Assembly (NCBI GenBank): GCA_902632145.1
Contig: CACPBH010000001.1
Coordinates: 16,553 to 80,552, forward strand
DNA from: an uncultured Pelagibacteraceae bacterium
Lineage (GTDB): Bacteria; Pseudomonadota; Alphaproteobacteria; Pelagibacterales; Pelagibacteraceae
DNA: 64,000 bases
Reading direction: 5' to 3'
Shown here: positions 19,259 through 29,881 of the stretch, piece after piece
Position numbering within the stretch: the stretch's first letter is position 1
Layout of the letters: each line of letters opens with the position of its first letter
Notes under the pieces: model-generated
Databases searched by the model: none
The model's input: the letters and a program-made list of their open reading frames with translations, nothing else
What the model was told of the DNA's origin: nothing
Translations under genes and position numbers: made by a program

Positions 19259-21783
19259 TGGAAAGAGTAAATTTTCTAGCTATCGAAAAAAAATGGCAAA
19301 AAAAATTTTCTAAATTTAAGCTCTCAAAACCAAAAGGAAAAAAATTTTACTGCTTGGAAATGTTTCCGTATCCCTCTGGAAAAATACACATGGGCCATGT
19401 CAGAAATTATACAATCGGTGATGTTATTGCTCGTTATAAATATTTAAACGGTTTTAATGTTTTGCACCCAATGGGCTGGGATGCATTTGGACTTCCGGCA
19501 GAAAATGCTTCTAAACAAAATAATCTTCATCCAAAAGAATGGACTTACAAAAATATTGAAACAATGAAAAATCAACTAAAGTTGTTAGGTCTTTCAATCG
19601 ATTGGGATTTAGAAATCGCAACATGTGATAAAGAATATTACAAGCACCAACAAGAAATTTTTATAGATTTTTACAATCAAGGGCTTGTTTCTAGGAAAGA
19701 AACTTATGTTAACTGGGATCCTGTCGAAAATACAGTTCTAGCAAATGAACAAGTTATAAATGGAAGAGGTTGGAGATCAAATGCGATAGTCCAAAGAAAA
19801 AAACTATCTCAATGGTTTTTTAACATTACTAAATTTTCTAATGAGCTATTAAATGATCTAGAAAAATTAGAAGGCTGGCCAGACAAAGTAAAATTAATGC
19901 AAAAAAACTGGATAGGAAAATCCTTCGGGTGTGAAATAAATTTTCAGTTAACTAATAGCCCAAATAAAATAAAAGTTTTTACTACAAGACCTGACACAAT
20001 ATATGGTGCGAGTTTTTTAGCTCTCTCTGTTGATCATCCTTTAAGCAAAGATTTTTTAAAAATTAATAATTTTCAAAAATTTAAAGATGAATGTAGTAAG
20101 ACAGGGACGACTGAAGAGGCATTAGCTAATGCAGAAAAAATAGGATACAAAACAGAATTATTTGTTAATCATCCTTTTATAAGAAACAAAAAAATTCCTG
20201 TTTATTTTGCAAATTTTGTCTTGATGGATTACGGTAGTGGCGCAATATTTGGTTGCCCTGCACACGACCAAAGGGATTTCGATTTTGCAAAAAAATACAA
20301 TTTAGATATTACTAGAGTTGTGAGCGATGAAACCTCAAAAGAAAAAGATAATAATCTTTTAGAGGCTTATGTTGGTGATGGAAAAATGATTAATTCTGAA
20401 TTTTTAAATGGCCTTAGTGTTAAAGATGCAAAAGAAAAAATAATAAAAGAAATTGTAGCTAAACGTTTTGGAGAGAAAAAAACTCTTTTTAGACTTAAAG
20501 ATTGGGGCATATCTAGACAGAGATATTGGGGATGTCCGATACCAATGATTTATCTAGAAGACGGTACTATTATCCCGGTTGATAAAAGTGAGCTACCAGT
20601 TGAATTGCCAGAGAATATAGATCTTAATTCCAAAGGAAATCCTTTAGATAGTCATCCTAATTGGAAACATACTAAGGATAAAAAGTCTGGAAAAAAAGCC
20701 ATAAGAGAGACAGATACATTAGACACATTTGTAGACTCATCATGGTATTTTTTAAGATTTTGTTCTCCTAACCATAAACCATCTCCTTTTGATAAAGAAA
20801 AAGTAAAATATTGGATGCCAGTTGACCAATATATTGGAGGTATAGAACATGCCATACTTCATTTGCTTTATTCTAGATTTTTTACAAAAGGTATAAATAG
20901 ATTAGACAAAGATATAAATTTGAATGAGCCTTTTAAAAATTTATTCACTCAAGGAATGGTGTGTCACGAAACTTATAAAGACAATAAAGGAAATTGGTTA
21001 TATCCTAATGAGGTCTCAAAAGTTGAAGCTAATAAATTTATAAAAAAAATTGATAAAACAAAAGTAATTGTAGGTCCGTCAGAGTCTATGTCCAAATCTA
21101 AAAAAAATACAATAGATCCTGAAACAATGATTAATCAGTATGGAGCAGACGCAGTTAGATGGTTTATTTTATCAGATAGTCCCCCAGAAAAAGACGTACA
21201 ATGGTCTGATACTGGAGTATTGTCTGCAAATAAATTTTTGCAAAAGATATGGAATTTAAATCATCAAATCTCAATAAGAAAAGATATAAAAAGAAATGAA
21301 AAATTAGACAAAGAATTTGAACTAAAGATAAATGGTCTAATTGTAAAAATTGATGAGTCAATAGAAAAATTTAGATTTAATGTATCAATTGCACATTTTT
21401 ATGAAATGTATAGTTTCTTCAAAGATAATTTAAACTCCGAAATAAGTAACAAAATAATTAAAGAAAACTTTATAAAAATGATAAAATTAATGATTCCTTT
21501 CACACCTCACTTGTCTCATGAGTGTCTAGAATTTTTAAGTTGTTACGACTTCAATGACTGGCCAAGTATCGATAGAAAAAATATACTTGATGAGATCTCA
21601 CTCGCAGTCCAAGTTAATGGGAAGACCAAGGATGTAATAAATATTAAAAAAGACATGGATGAAAAAAGTATCAACAAAATTATTTATCAATCTTCAAAAG
21701 CAAAAAAACATTTAGATCAGAAAAAAGTGGTCAGAACGATTTTTGTTAAAAATAAAATAATTAACTATATAGTAGCAAAATGA
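19258..21783 (+). CDS. leuS: Leucine--tRNA ligase
   Basis: [21 protein letters not shown]. Confidence 0.98.
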   Translation: MERVNFLAIEKKWQKKFSKFKLSKPKGKKFYCLEMFPYPSGKIHMGHVRNYTIGDVIARYKYLNGFNVLHPMGWDAFGLPAENASKQNNLHPKEWTYKNIETMKNQLKLLGLSIDWDLEIATCDKEYYKHQQEIFIDFYNQGLVSRKETYVNWDPVENTVLANEQVINGRGWRSNAIVQRKKLSQWFFNITKFSNELLNDLEKLEGWPDKVKLMQKNWIGKSFGCEINFQLTNSPNKIKVFTTRPDTIYGASFLALSVDHPLSKDFLKINNFQKFKDECSKTGTTEEALANAEKIGYKTELFVNHPFIRNKKIPVYFANFVLMDYGSGAIFGCPAHDQRDFDFAKKYNLDITRVVSDETSKEKDNNLLEAYVGDGKMINSEFLNGLSVKDAKEKIIKEIVAKRFGEKKTLFRLKDWGISRQRYWGCPIPMIYLEDGTIIPVDKSELPVELPENIDLNSKGNPLDSHPNWKHTKDKKSGKKAIRETDTLDTFVDSSWYFLRFCSPNHKPSPFDKEKVKYWMPVDQYIGGIEHAILHLLYSRFFTKGINRLDKDINLNEPFKNLFTQGMVCHETYKDNKGNWLYPNEVSKVEANKFIKKIDKTKVIVGPSESMSKSKKNTIDPETMINQYGADAVRWFILSDSPPEKDVQWSDTGVLSANKFLQKIWNLNHQISIRKDIKRNEKLDKEFELKINGLIVKIDESIEKFRFNVSIAHFYEMYSFFKDNLNSEISNKIIKENFIKMIKLMIPFTPHLSHECLEFLSCYDFNDWPSIDRKNILDEISLAVQVNGKTKDVINIKKDMDEKSINKIIYQSSKAKKHLDQKKVVRTIFVKNKIINYIVAK

Positions 21784-22247
21784 AAATTAAGTTAACTTTT
21801 TTAGTAAGTGTTATTTCAATTTTATTGATGGCAGGGTGTGGTTTTAAAGTTGTTAATCAATCAGGCCTTATAGATTTTAAAATAGAAAATATTTCAACCT
21901 CAGGAGATAACAGGGTTAGCTATATTATTAAAAATAAGCTGCTACCATATTCTAAGAGTAATGGAAAAAAATTAATTACTTTAGAGATAGATTTAAATAG
22001 AAAAAAAATGATTAAAGAAAAGAATATAAAGAATGAAACAACAAAGTTTGAGATTTCCATAAGCGCAGTCGTACAATATCGATCTGATGAGAAAGGGAGA
22101 TTTGAAATTTCAAAGAAGGGTGACTACAATGTTGCTAGTCAATATTCTCAAACTCTGACTAATGAAAAAAAATTAGTCAAAACACTTTCCGAAAGCATTG
22201 CAGAAAATATAATTGAAGAATTGATTCTAAGAACTAATGATACATAA
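21780..22247 (+). CDS. lptE: LPS assembly lipoprotein LptE-like
   Basis: Lipobox AGCGF; lies between leuS and holA. Confidence 0.75.
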   Translation: MKIKLTFLVSVISILLMAGCGFKVVNQSGLIDFKIENISTSGDNRVSYIIKNKLLPYSKSNGKKLITLEIDLNRKKMIKEKNIKNETTKFEISISAVVQYRSDEKGRFEISKKGDYNVASQYSQTLTNEKKLVKTLSESIAENIIEELILRTNDT

Positions 22248-23223
22248 AAGTTACCTAGTAGAGCAGAAAATTGAAAAGATAGACAAAGGAATTACTTTAT
22301 TTTATGGGGAAAATCTGGGTCTAATTGATGATTTCAAAGAATTAATAAGAAAATATAATAAAAAGAGTGAGATCATAAGATTTAATGAAGAAGAAATTAT
22401 AAAAAAAAATGTTGTTTTTTTTAGAGAAATAAGCAGTGACAGCTTATTCAGTGAAAAAAAAGTAATTTTTATAGATCAAGCAAGTGATAAAATTCTAGAT
22501 TTAATTCAAGAAGTTGAAAAAATTGATTTAAAAGAAAGTGTTTACTTATTTTCAAGTATTTTAGAAAAAAAATCTAAGTTAAGAGCTTTTTTTGAAAAAT
22601 CCAAAAAATATAATATTGTACCGTGTTATGAGGATAACGAAGCGACACTAAAAAAAATAATTCTTCAAAGCTTAAAAGATTTTAAAGGTATTACAACGGA
22701 AAATATTAATTTAATTATTGATAATTGCTCTTTTAATAGAACAAAATTAAAGAATGAACTGGATAAAATTAAAAGTTTTTTTCACGACAAGATTTTAAAA
22801 ACGGCAGAAATTGAGAAACTCTTGAACATCAAAACAAATAATGATTTTGATAAACTTAAAGATGCTGCATTATTAGGAAACAGAACAAATACTAATAAAT
22901 TGTTAAGTGATACAATCCTGGAAGCTGAAAAAAACATTTTTTACCTTAATTCTATCAACCAAAGGTTAGGAAAACTGTTGGAAATCAACAATAATAATAG
23001 CAATCTTGAAAAAGCTATAAATGATTTAAGACCTCCGATCTTTTGGAAGGATAAACCTAACTTTATTTCTCAAGCTAAAGTATGGAACCAAAAAAAAATA
23101 AATATGATAATGAAAAATACGTACGATGTTGAGATAAAAATTAAAAGCAATTCATCAATTGATAAGAACTTATTAATTAAGAAACTATTAGTAGATATGT
23201 GTGAGTTAGCTAATGCTTCGTGA
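22237..23223 (+). CDS. holA: DNA polymerase III subunit delta
   Basis: LFYGENLG, SLFSEKK, LEKKSKLR, PCYED, PPIFWK; leuS-lptE-holA synteny. Confidence 0.88.
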   Translation: MIHKSYLVEQKIEKIDKGITLFYGENLGLIDDFKELIRKYNKKSEIIRFNEEEIIKKNVVFFREISSDSLFSEKKVIFIDQASDKILDLIQEVEKIDLKESVYLFSSILEKKSKLRAFFEKSKKYNIVPCYEDNEATLKKIILQSLKDFKGITTENINLIIDNCSFNRTKLKNELDKIKSFFHDKILKTAEIEKLLNIKTNNDFDKLKDAALLGNRTNTNKLLSDTILEAEKNIFYLNSINQRLGKLLEINNNNSNLEKAINDLRPPIFWKDKPNFISQAKVWNQKKINMIMKNTYDVEIKIKSNSSIDKNLLIKKLLVDMCELANAS

Positions 23224-24064
23224 GTAAATCAGAAATTAACTCAAACTGATCTAAATCTTTATATTCTATAGTAATTTTCCCGGAGTTATTTTTTTTATTT
23301 ATGATATTAACTTTTAGTCCAAGAATTTTTTGCAATCTTTCTTGTGTTTTTAAAATATTTGTATCAATCGTTTTAACAATTTTTCCACCTTTTTTATTTC
23401 TAACAAGATACTCTACTTTTCTAGCGCTATAATTTTTGGAAACTATTTCCTCAGCAATTGACGAAGCGTTTGAAATACCAATTAGGGGTCTAGCTTGCCC
23501 AGAAGTCAAAGAACCTTCTTCTAACATTGAAATTACATCACTTGGAAGAGTTAAAAGTCTCAATGTGTTACTAATATGACTTCTGCTTTTTGACATTAAT
23601 TTTGAAATACTTTCGTGATCATATTTGAATTCTTCATTCAATCTTTTATATCCTCTTGCTTCTTCAATTGGATTAAGATCATCTCTTTGAATATTCTCAA
23701 CTATTGCAACCTCTAATGATTCAACATCTGATAAATCTAATATTGTAATTGGGATTTCGTGTAAGCCTGCCCTTTGAGCTGCAAGCCACCTTCTCTCCCC
23801 TGCTACTATTTCATATTTATTAGAATTAGATTTACTAGGTCTTACTGCTATTGGCTGAATAATGCCATTTTTCCTGATAGAATTAGCTAATTCTTCAAGC
23901 TTTTCCTCTTTGAAATTTTGTCTTGGTTGGTATGGATTTCGACTTAAATCAGAAATAGCAGCCGTATTAGATTGGCTAGTTGCAGGGTTTTTTTCCTCGC
24001 GAGTAGTGTCTCCAAACAGTGCCGATAATCCTCTACCTAGGCCTTTCTTTTTTCCAGGATTCAT
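23210..24064 (-). CDS. parB: Chromosome partition protein ParB
   Basis: GLGRGLSALFG, NPYQPR, VAGERRWLAA, VENIQRDDLNPIEEA. Confidence 0.97.
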   Translation of the reverse strand: MNPGKKKGLGRGLSALFGDTTREEKNPATSQSNTAAISDLSRNPYQPRQNFKEEKLEELANSIRKNGIIQPIAVRPSKSNSNKYEIVAGERRWLAAQRAGLHEIPITILDLSDVESLEVAIVENIQRDDLNPIEEARGYKRLNEEFKYDHESISKLMSKSRSHISNTLRLLTLPSDVISMLEEGSLTSGQARPLIGISNASSIAEEIVSKNYSARKVEYLVRNKKGGKIVKTIDTNILKTQERLQKILGLKVNIINKKNNSGKITIEYKDLDQFELISDLLTKH

Positions 24065-24858
24065 GCGGCACTTTCAATTTGATTTTTTTTTAAAAATTCC
24101 TCGGCTAATTTAAAGTAAGATCTACTTCCAACACAATTTTTATCATATACTACACAAGGTAATCCGTGTGATGGCGCTTCAGATAAACGTACGTTTCTTT
24201 GAATCACAGTTTGATATACTTTTTCTTTGAAATAATTTCTTGCCTCTCTGTCGACTTCAGAAGAAAGTTTATTTCTTTTATCAAACATTGTCAGCAAAAT
24301 ACCTCTGATTTTTAGACTAGGATTAAGATTTTCTTTTATGCGATCTATTGTTTTTACAAGTTGAGTAATACCTTCTAATGCAAAAAATTCTGTTTGAAGT
24401 GGGACCAACAATTCATCAGAAGCGACCAATGCCATTATAGTAAGCAAGCTTAGAGACGGTGGACAGTCTATAAAAATATTATCGTATTTTTTTAATAGAC
24501 CACCTTTCTTTAAGTTCAATATTTCTTTTAACACAAATGCTCTGTTAGAGTCATTTGCAGTTTCTACTTCAAGACCAGAAAGATTTACATGAGAGCCTAT
24601 TAAATCTAAATTTTTAATATCAGTTTTCTGAATTATATTTTCAATATTAGTTTTTTTTATTAAAAGATTGTAAATATTTTTATCTTCATCATTATTGTTT
24701 TTACCCAGCCCAGTTGTTGCATTCCCTTGTGGATCTAAATCAACAACTAAATTATTTTGACCCATAATGGACAGCGAAGCAGCTAAATTTATTACGGTAG
24801 TGGTTTTTCCCACGCCACCTTTCTGATTTATGATTGCTAGTGTTGTAGGTGATGACAT
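24061..24858 (-). CDS. parA: Chromosome partition ATPase ParA
   Basis: NQKGGVGKTTT, DLDPQGNAT, IDCPPSL, LSEAPSHG. Confidence 0.97.
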   Translation of the reverse strand: MSSPTTLAIINQKGGVGKTTTVINLAASLSIMGQNNLVVDLDPQGNATTGLGKNNNDEDKNIYNLLIKKTNIENIIQKTDIKNLDLIGSHVNLSGLEVETANDSNRAFVLKEILNLKKGGLLKKYDNIFIDCPPSLSLLTIMALVASDELLVPLQTEFFALEGITQLVKTIDRIKENLNPSLKIRGILLTMFDKRNKLSSEVDREARNYFKEKVYQTVIQRNVRLSEAPSHGLPCVVYDKNCVGSRSYFKLAEEFLKKNQIESAA

Positions 24859-25473
24859 TTACTTGTTAATCTCCATCAAAATTATTTTTGAATCTTTATT
24901 TGTCATGCTGCTTTCTAATTTATAAGGGTATTTTTTTGTTTTAAAAGAATTTTTTATTTCTTCCTGTGCATTTTGACCCTTTAGAATCATTAATTTATGA
25001 GGTTTTTGGGCGATTTCACGTGAAACTTGTATTATTTGGTCTAATTTTTTAAAAGCCCTGCAGATTATAATCTCAGAATCTAGAACTTCATCTCTTACAT
25101 CTCCTAAAACTTCTGCATTTAAACTCAGTTCCTTAATTACACTCGTTAGGAACCTTCTTTTTACTGGTGATTTTTCGTATAATTTCACGTGAAAAGCCTT
25201 ATTTTTATTGAATATTTCTACTACTAGACCCGGAAATCCTGCGCCAGTGCCAAGATCAGCCAAGGAATTGAGGTTAAAATCAATAAACTTAACCAATTGA
25301 GCAGAGTCGAGTATATGTCTATGCCAAATTTGATTTTCTGTGCTTTTAGAAATTAAATTATAATTTTGATTTTCCTTTAAAACTAGATTTGTGAACTTTT
25401 TAAGTTTTTCAATTGAATGATCACTAAAATTAAGACTCTTTTTAAGAATATTTATGACTTCAAGCTGCTGCAT
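24859..25473 (-). CDS. rsmG: 16S rRNA m7G527 methyltransferase
   Basis: RHILDSAQL, DLGTGAGFPG, CRAF; between mnmG and parA. Confidence 0.93.
   Translation of the reverse strand: MQQLEVINILKKSLNFSDHSIEKLKKFTNLVLKENQNYNLISKSTENQIWHRHILDSAQLVKFIDFNLNSLADLGTGAGFPGLVVEIFNKNKAFHVKLYEKSPVKRRFLTSVIKELSLNAEVLGDVRDEVLDSEIIICRAFKKLDQIIQVSREIAQKPHKLMILKGQNAQEEIKNSFKTKKYPYKLESSMTNKDSKIILMEINK
25012..25027. promoter_or_regulatory. parS site 1 (inside rsmG)
   Basis: GATTTCACGTGAAACT with perfect 12-bp core TTTCACGTGAAA (consensus TGTTTCACGTGAAACA). Confidence 0.85.
25181..25196. promoter_or_regulatory. parS site 2 (inside rsmG)
   Basis: AATTTCACGTGAAAAG with the same 12-bp palindromic core. Confidence 0.8.
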
Positions 25474-27341
25474 CAAGCAGTGGCTTTATATCTAAGTTTT
25501 TTAATGTGTGAAAGAAGAATAATTATAGCTGCTGGCGTAACGCCATCAATACGAATAGCTTGACCAAGTGTTTTAGGCTTCACTTGAAGCAGCTTACTCT
25601 TAATCTCATTAGATAGACCGCTGAGTTTTTCATAATCTATACCCTCAGGTATGATAACGGCCTCATCTTTTTTAAAAGAATCTATATCTTTGTCTTGTCT
25701 GTCCAGGTAACCCATGTAATGGGCATCAGTTACAACTTGATTTTCAATAGACCTTGGAAAACTAGGAATATCAGGAAACACTTGCCTTATTTTTGCCATA
25801 TTTACTTTTCGCTGACCCATAATCTCTAAACAAGATCTTTTTACTCCATCCATAGCAATTTTAATATCATATTTCTTAGCTTGATTAGGTGATAGATAAT
25901 TATTTTTTAGAATTGAACTAAGAGCCAAAATATTTTTTTTCTTTTCATCAAATATTTTTTTTCTTTCAGACTTCACTAAATTTAAATTGATCCCAAAATC
26001 AGTTAGTCTTTGATCCGCATTATCAGCTCTTAAAGTTAATCTATATTCGGCTCTAGATGTAAACATTCTATAAGGTTCTGTAACTCCTTTAGTAATGAGG
26101 TCATCAATCATAACACCAATATAAGAAGTTGATCGATCTAAAATAAACTCTTGTTGATTTCGAATTTTTAAAGCCGCATTAATGCCTGCTATCAGACCTT
26201 GTGCTGCAGCTTCTTCATAACCTGTAGTTCCATTAATTTGTCCAGCGAGAAATAAAGAATTAATTTTTTTAGTTTCTAATGTTGCTTTTAACTCCCTTGG
26301 ATCCACATAATCGTACTCAATTGCGTATCCAGCTCTCTTCATCACAACATGCTCTAAACCCTTGATTTTACTTAATATTTTAAGCTGAATCTCCTCCGGA
26401 AGTGAGGTTGATATACCATTTGGGTAAATAGTATTGTCCTTTAATCCTTCTGGTTCTAGGAATATTTGGTGTTTTTCTTTTTCTTTAAACTTAACAATTT
26501 TATCCTCTATAGATGGACAATACCTAGGCCCTACTCCTTTTATGTTTCCTGAATACATAGCGCTTCGTGAAATGTTATCGCTAATAATTTTATGAACATC
26601 ATTATTTGTGTAAGTCATCCCACATTTAATCTGCTTATTGTCGATCTTGTTCGTCAAGAAAGAAAAATAGTAATGATCATCATCAGCAGGCTGCATTTCT
26701 AAGTCATCGTAATTAATAGTATCACCATCTAGTCTAGGTGGTGTTCCGGTTTTTAATCTTCCAATTTGCATTTTAAATTTCGCTAGTTGTTCACTCAAAC
26801 CGGTAGATGGTTTTTCATCATACCGACCAGCTGGTATCTGTGTTTCACCTATATGTATTAAACCATTCAAAAAAGTTCCCGTAGTAAGTATTAGTTCTTT
26901 AGTTCTAATTTCTTTGCCGCTCTGACAAACGAACCCTATAACTTTGTTGTCATCAAATAAGAATTTAACTACTGGATCGGCTACAACCTCTAAATTTTCA
27001 TAATTTAATAAAATCTTTTGCATATGCTCTTTGTAAAGAGCTCTATCTGACTGAGTCCTTGGTCCTTGCACTGCTGGGCCGCGACTTCTATTTAATAATC
27101 TAAATTGAATACCTGACTTATCAGCTACTACACCCATCACACCATCTAAAGCATCGATTTCTCTCACAAGGTGCCCTTTTCCAAGTCCTCCTATAGCAGG
27201 ATTACACGACATTTCACCAATAGTCTCAATTTTATGGGTGAAAAGAGCAGTATTTACGCCCATTCTAGCGGAAGATGCTGCTGCCTCACAACCAGCATGT
27301 CCACCACCTATAACTACTACATCATAGCTTTGTTTTGTCAT
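25473..27341 (-). CDS. mnmG: tRNA U34 modification enzyme MnmG (GidA)
   Basis: [46 protein letters not shown]. Confidence 0.98.
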   Translation of the reverse strand: MTKQSYDVVVIGGGHAGCEAAASSARMGVNTALFTHKIETIGEMSCNPAIGGLGKGHLVREIDALDGVMGVVADKSGIQFRLLNRSRGPAVQGPRTQSDRALYKEHMQKILLNYENLEVVADPVVKFLFDDNKVIGFVCQSGKEIRTKELILTTGTFLNGLIHIGETQIPAGRYDEKPSTGLSEQLAKFKMQIGRLKTGTPPRLDGDTINYDDLEMQPADDDHYYFSFLTNKIDNKQIKCGMTYTNNDVHKIISDNISRSAMYSGNIKGVGPRYCPSIEDKIVKFKEKEKHQIFLEPEGLKDNTIYPNGISTSLPEEIQLKILSKIKGLEHVVMKRAGYAIEYDYVDPRELKATLETKKINSLFLAGQINGTTGYEEAAAQGLIAGINAALKIRNQQEFILDRSTSYIGVMIDDLITKGVTEPYRMFTSRAEYRLTLRADNADQRLTDFGINLNLVKSERKKIFDEKKKNILALSSILKNNYLSPNQAKKYDIKIAMDGVKRSCLEIMGQRKVNMAKIRQVFPDIPSFPRSIENQVVTDAHYMGYLDRQDKDIDSFKKDEAVIIPEGIDYEKLSGLSNEIKSKLLQVKPKTLGQAIRIDGVTPAAIIILLSHIKKLRYKATA

Positions 27342-27383
27342 TCTGTGAATGTAAACGTCTAGATTAAGAATACAAGAAGTATT

Positions 27384-28712
27384 TTATTTACCGATACAGA
27401 AGTCTTTGAATATAGATCCAAGTATTTCTTCCACATCTACCTTACCGACGATGCTACCAAGATGTCGTGTAGCCATTCTTAGGTCTTCTGCTGCTAATTC
27501 GAGGTCTTTGTTTTGATCCTTTTTAAGAAACTTATCAATTTCTTTTAAACAATCATTGAGCTTAACTCTGTGCCTTTCTCTAGTAATTAAAGCGCTATTA
27601 TTGGATGTAAATTTTTTGCTTAACTTAGCTTTAACCAAATTTATTAATTTATCAATATTTTTATTATTTTTTACTGAAGCTAAAACAGCATCAACTTCAA
27701 ATTTATGATTTCGTTTATCTGACACATCTGATTTATTTAATAGAATTATAGTATCTTTATTAATCATAGATTGTATTTCTTTATTAATTTTTTTTGATGA
27801 ATTATCGATTACTACTATATTTAAATCTGCTTCTTTTGATTTACCTAAAGCTAAAGAAATACCTTTTTTTTCAACTTCGTTTTTAGCTTCTCTTATACCA
27901 GCAGTATCAGCCAGAATTACAGGGTATCCATCCAAATTTAAATAGGTTTCTATAACATCTCTAGTCGTACCAGCCTCATCTGACACAATTGCTACTTCTC
28001 TTTTTGAAAGTAAATTTAATAATGATGATTTACCTGCATTAACTTCTCCTGTAATTGAAACTCTGAAACCGTCTCTAATTTTTTCTCCAACTTTATTATC
28101 TTCAATAATTTTTGTAATTTCTGAATGAATTTCCTTAATTGATTTATGGGCATCTTTTAGTACTTTTTCTGGAAGATCTTCTTCTGCAAAATCAATTTTA
28201 GCTTCTATAAAAGCAAGTGATTTTATTATTTTATCTCTCAAATCATTATAATAATTTGATACGCTTCCCTGAACTAATTTTATTGCTTGCTGTCTTTGTA
28301 GTTCTGTTTCGGAATGGATTAGATCTCCTATACTTTCCGCTTTTAACAAATCAATTTTATCATTTTGAAATGCAATTTTAGTAAACTCACCTGGTTCAGC
28401 TAATCTGCAATTTTTTTGCTCTGACAGAACTCTCAATAAGGCATTTATAACAGCATTACTGCCATGGATTTGTAATTCTGCTAGATCTTCTCCAGTATAG
28501 CTATTTGGCCCGGGAAACCACAATAATAGAGCCTCCGGATCTATTACATTACCGTTGTTGGGGTCATAGAACTTACAGAAATTAACTTCGTTCGGGTTTA
28601 TGTCTTTAGACTTAGTCAAATTTTGACAAATCTTAAGTGTTTCACTGCCTGATATTCTAACGATAGCTATTCCGGAGGGTCCTCTACCCGAAGATAAAGC
28701 ATAAATGTTCAT
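27384..28712 (-). CDS. mnmE: tRNA modification GTPase MnmE
   Basis: SYTGED, GEVNAGKSS, GTTRD, DTAG, C-terminal FCIGK. Confidence 0.98.
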   Translation of the reverse strand: MNIYALSSGRGPSGIAIVRISGSETLKICQNLTKSKDINPNEVNFCKFYDPNNGNVIDPEALLLWFPGPNSYTGEDLAELQIHGSNAVINALLRVLSEQKNCRLAEPGEFTKIAFQNDKIDLLKAESIGDLIHSETELQRQQAIKLVQGSVSNYYNDLRDKIIKSLAFIEAKIDFAEEDLPEKVLKDAHKSIKEIHSEITKIIEDNKVGEKIRDGFRVSITGEVNAGKSSLLNLLSKREVAIVSDEAGTTRDVIETYLNLDGYPVILADTAGIREAKNEVEKKGISLALGKSKEADLNIVVIDNSSKKINKEIQSMINKDTIILLNKSDVSDKRNHKFEVDAVLASVKNNKNIDKLINLVKAKLSKKFTSNNSALITRERHRVKLNDCLKEIDKFLKKDQNKDLELAAEDLRMATRHLGSIVGKVDVEEILGSIFKDFCIGK

Positions 28713-28717
28713 TGAGT
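28706..28717 (+). repeat. 12-bp inverted repeat, left copy (TGTTCATTGAGT)
   Basis: Exact reverse complement of 47896-47907; covers the mnmE start codon. Confidence 0.8.
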
Positions 28718-29826
28718 TATAATGATAAACCTCGATTAGAGATTATTTTACTGAATTTTTTTAATGTCTCGTTGTTCTTAATATTTTTTACAATTATTTC
28801 TTTAAAGGGATCTAAATATTTATTTTGTTTAAAGAAGCTATGAGTAACATCGACTCCTAAACTCATAATAGTATTTTCAGGTTTTCTACTATTATAAAAA
28901 TCATTTAGGGCATAGCTATTTTTAATAGAGATACCTAAACCCACGTAATATTTTATAATCTCTTTTAATTTTTTTACATCCCTTAGAACTAGATTAAAAC
29001 CTTGACCGGCCACTGGATGTATAGTGTGAAGACCTTCACCAAGAATTAATATATTTTTTTGATGATACTGTCGTCTTAAACTTAGAGAAATAGGATACGA
29101 CTGAATATTGCTAATTGTAATATCTTGTTTGTTCTTTAACAATTCTATTATTTTGTTTTTTACTAAAGTTGAAATTTTTTTTAAGTTATTTTTGAAAAAA
29201 TGTTTTTTTACACTCCAAACAAAAGAGAAATAATTTTTTGAAAAAGGCAGTATAGCTAAAGGGCCTTCTTTTAAAAAAAATTGACTTGTGTTAATTTTCT
29301 TAAAATTATGTTTCACATATCCTGTAATAGCTATTTCTTTATAATCTTTCTTGATAGATCTAATTTTTGTTATGTTATTGTAAATGGTAGATTGTCCTCC
29401 TATACAGAGGATAATCAAATCATAATTTTTTAATTCATCTAAGTTTTTTAAATCTTTTCTGATTAATTTAATTTTATTTTTTGAAATTTCTTTCAATAAT
29501 ACACTTTTAATTTTATCATTTTCAAAAACATACATTAGATTGGAGTTTGCTTCGTTTAAATTTAAAAAATTTATATTTTCTTTAGAGGTTTCGTAAAAAA
29601 GGTCAATTTTTTGTGAAGGCCAGAACAACTTTTGTTTCAAACTTTTAATATTTTGATTGATGAACTTATAATTTGTATCTGATATGGCAGTGGTCCTTTT
29701 ATCAGCGTTTTTTGTACCTTTTTTAGCTATTAAATTTACCTCTACACCTGATACTTTAGATAAAATTACAGCTGTCATTAAGCCTGAAAGACCGTCTCCA
29801 ACAATGCATATTCTCTGTTTTATCAT
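28717..29826 (-). CDS. UbiH/UbiL-family FAD-dependent hydroxylase (ubiquinone biosynthesis)
   Basis: Start at MIKQRICIVGDGLSG; GPLAILP and GEGLHTIHPVAGQGFNL motifs. Confidence 0.85.
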   Translation of the reverse strand: MIKQRICIVGDGLSGLMTAVILSKVSGVEVNLIAKKGTKNADKRTTAISDTNYKFINQNIKSLKQKLFWPSQKIDLFYETSKENINFLNLNEANSNLMYVFENDKIKSVLLKEISKNKIKLIRKDLKNLDELKNYDLIILCIGGQSTIYNNITKIRSIKKDYKEIAITGYVKHNFKKINTSQFFLKEGPLAILPFSKNYFSFVWSVKKHFFKNNLKKISTLVKNKIIELLKNKQDITISNIQSYPISLSLRRQYHQKNILILGEGLHTIHPVAGQGFNLVLRDVKKLKEIIKYYVGLGISIKNSYALNDFYNSRKPENTIMSLGVDVTHSFFKQNKYLDPFKEIIVKNIKNNETLKKFSKIISNRGLSL

Positions 29827-29881
29827 ATTAAAATTTTTAACACTTTCATAAAAATGGTAAAAAGTACGTAATCGATTCGTA

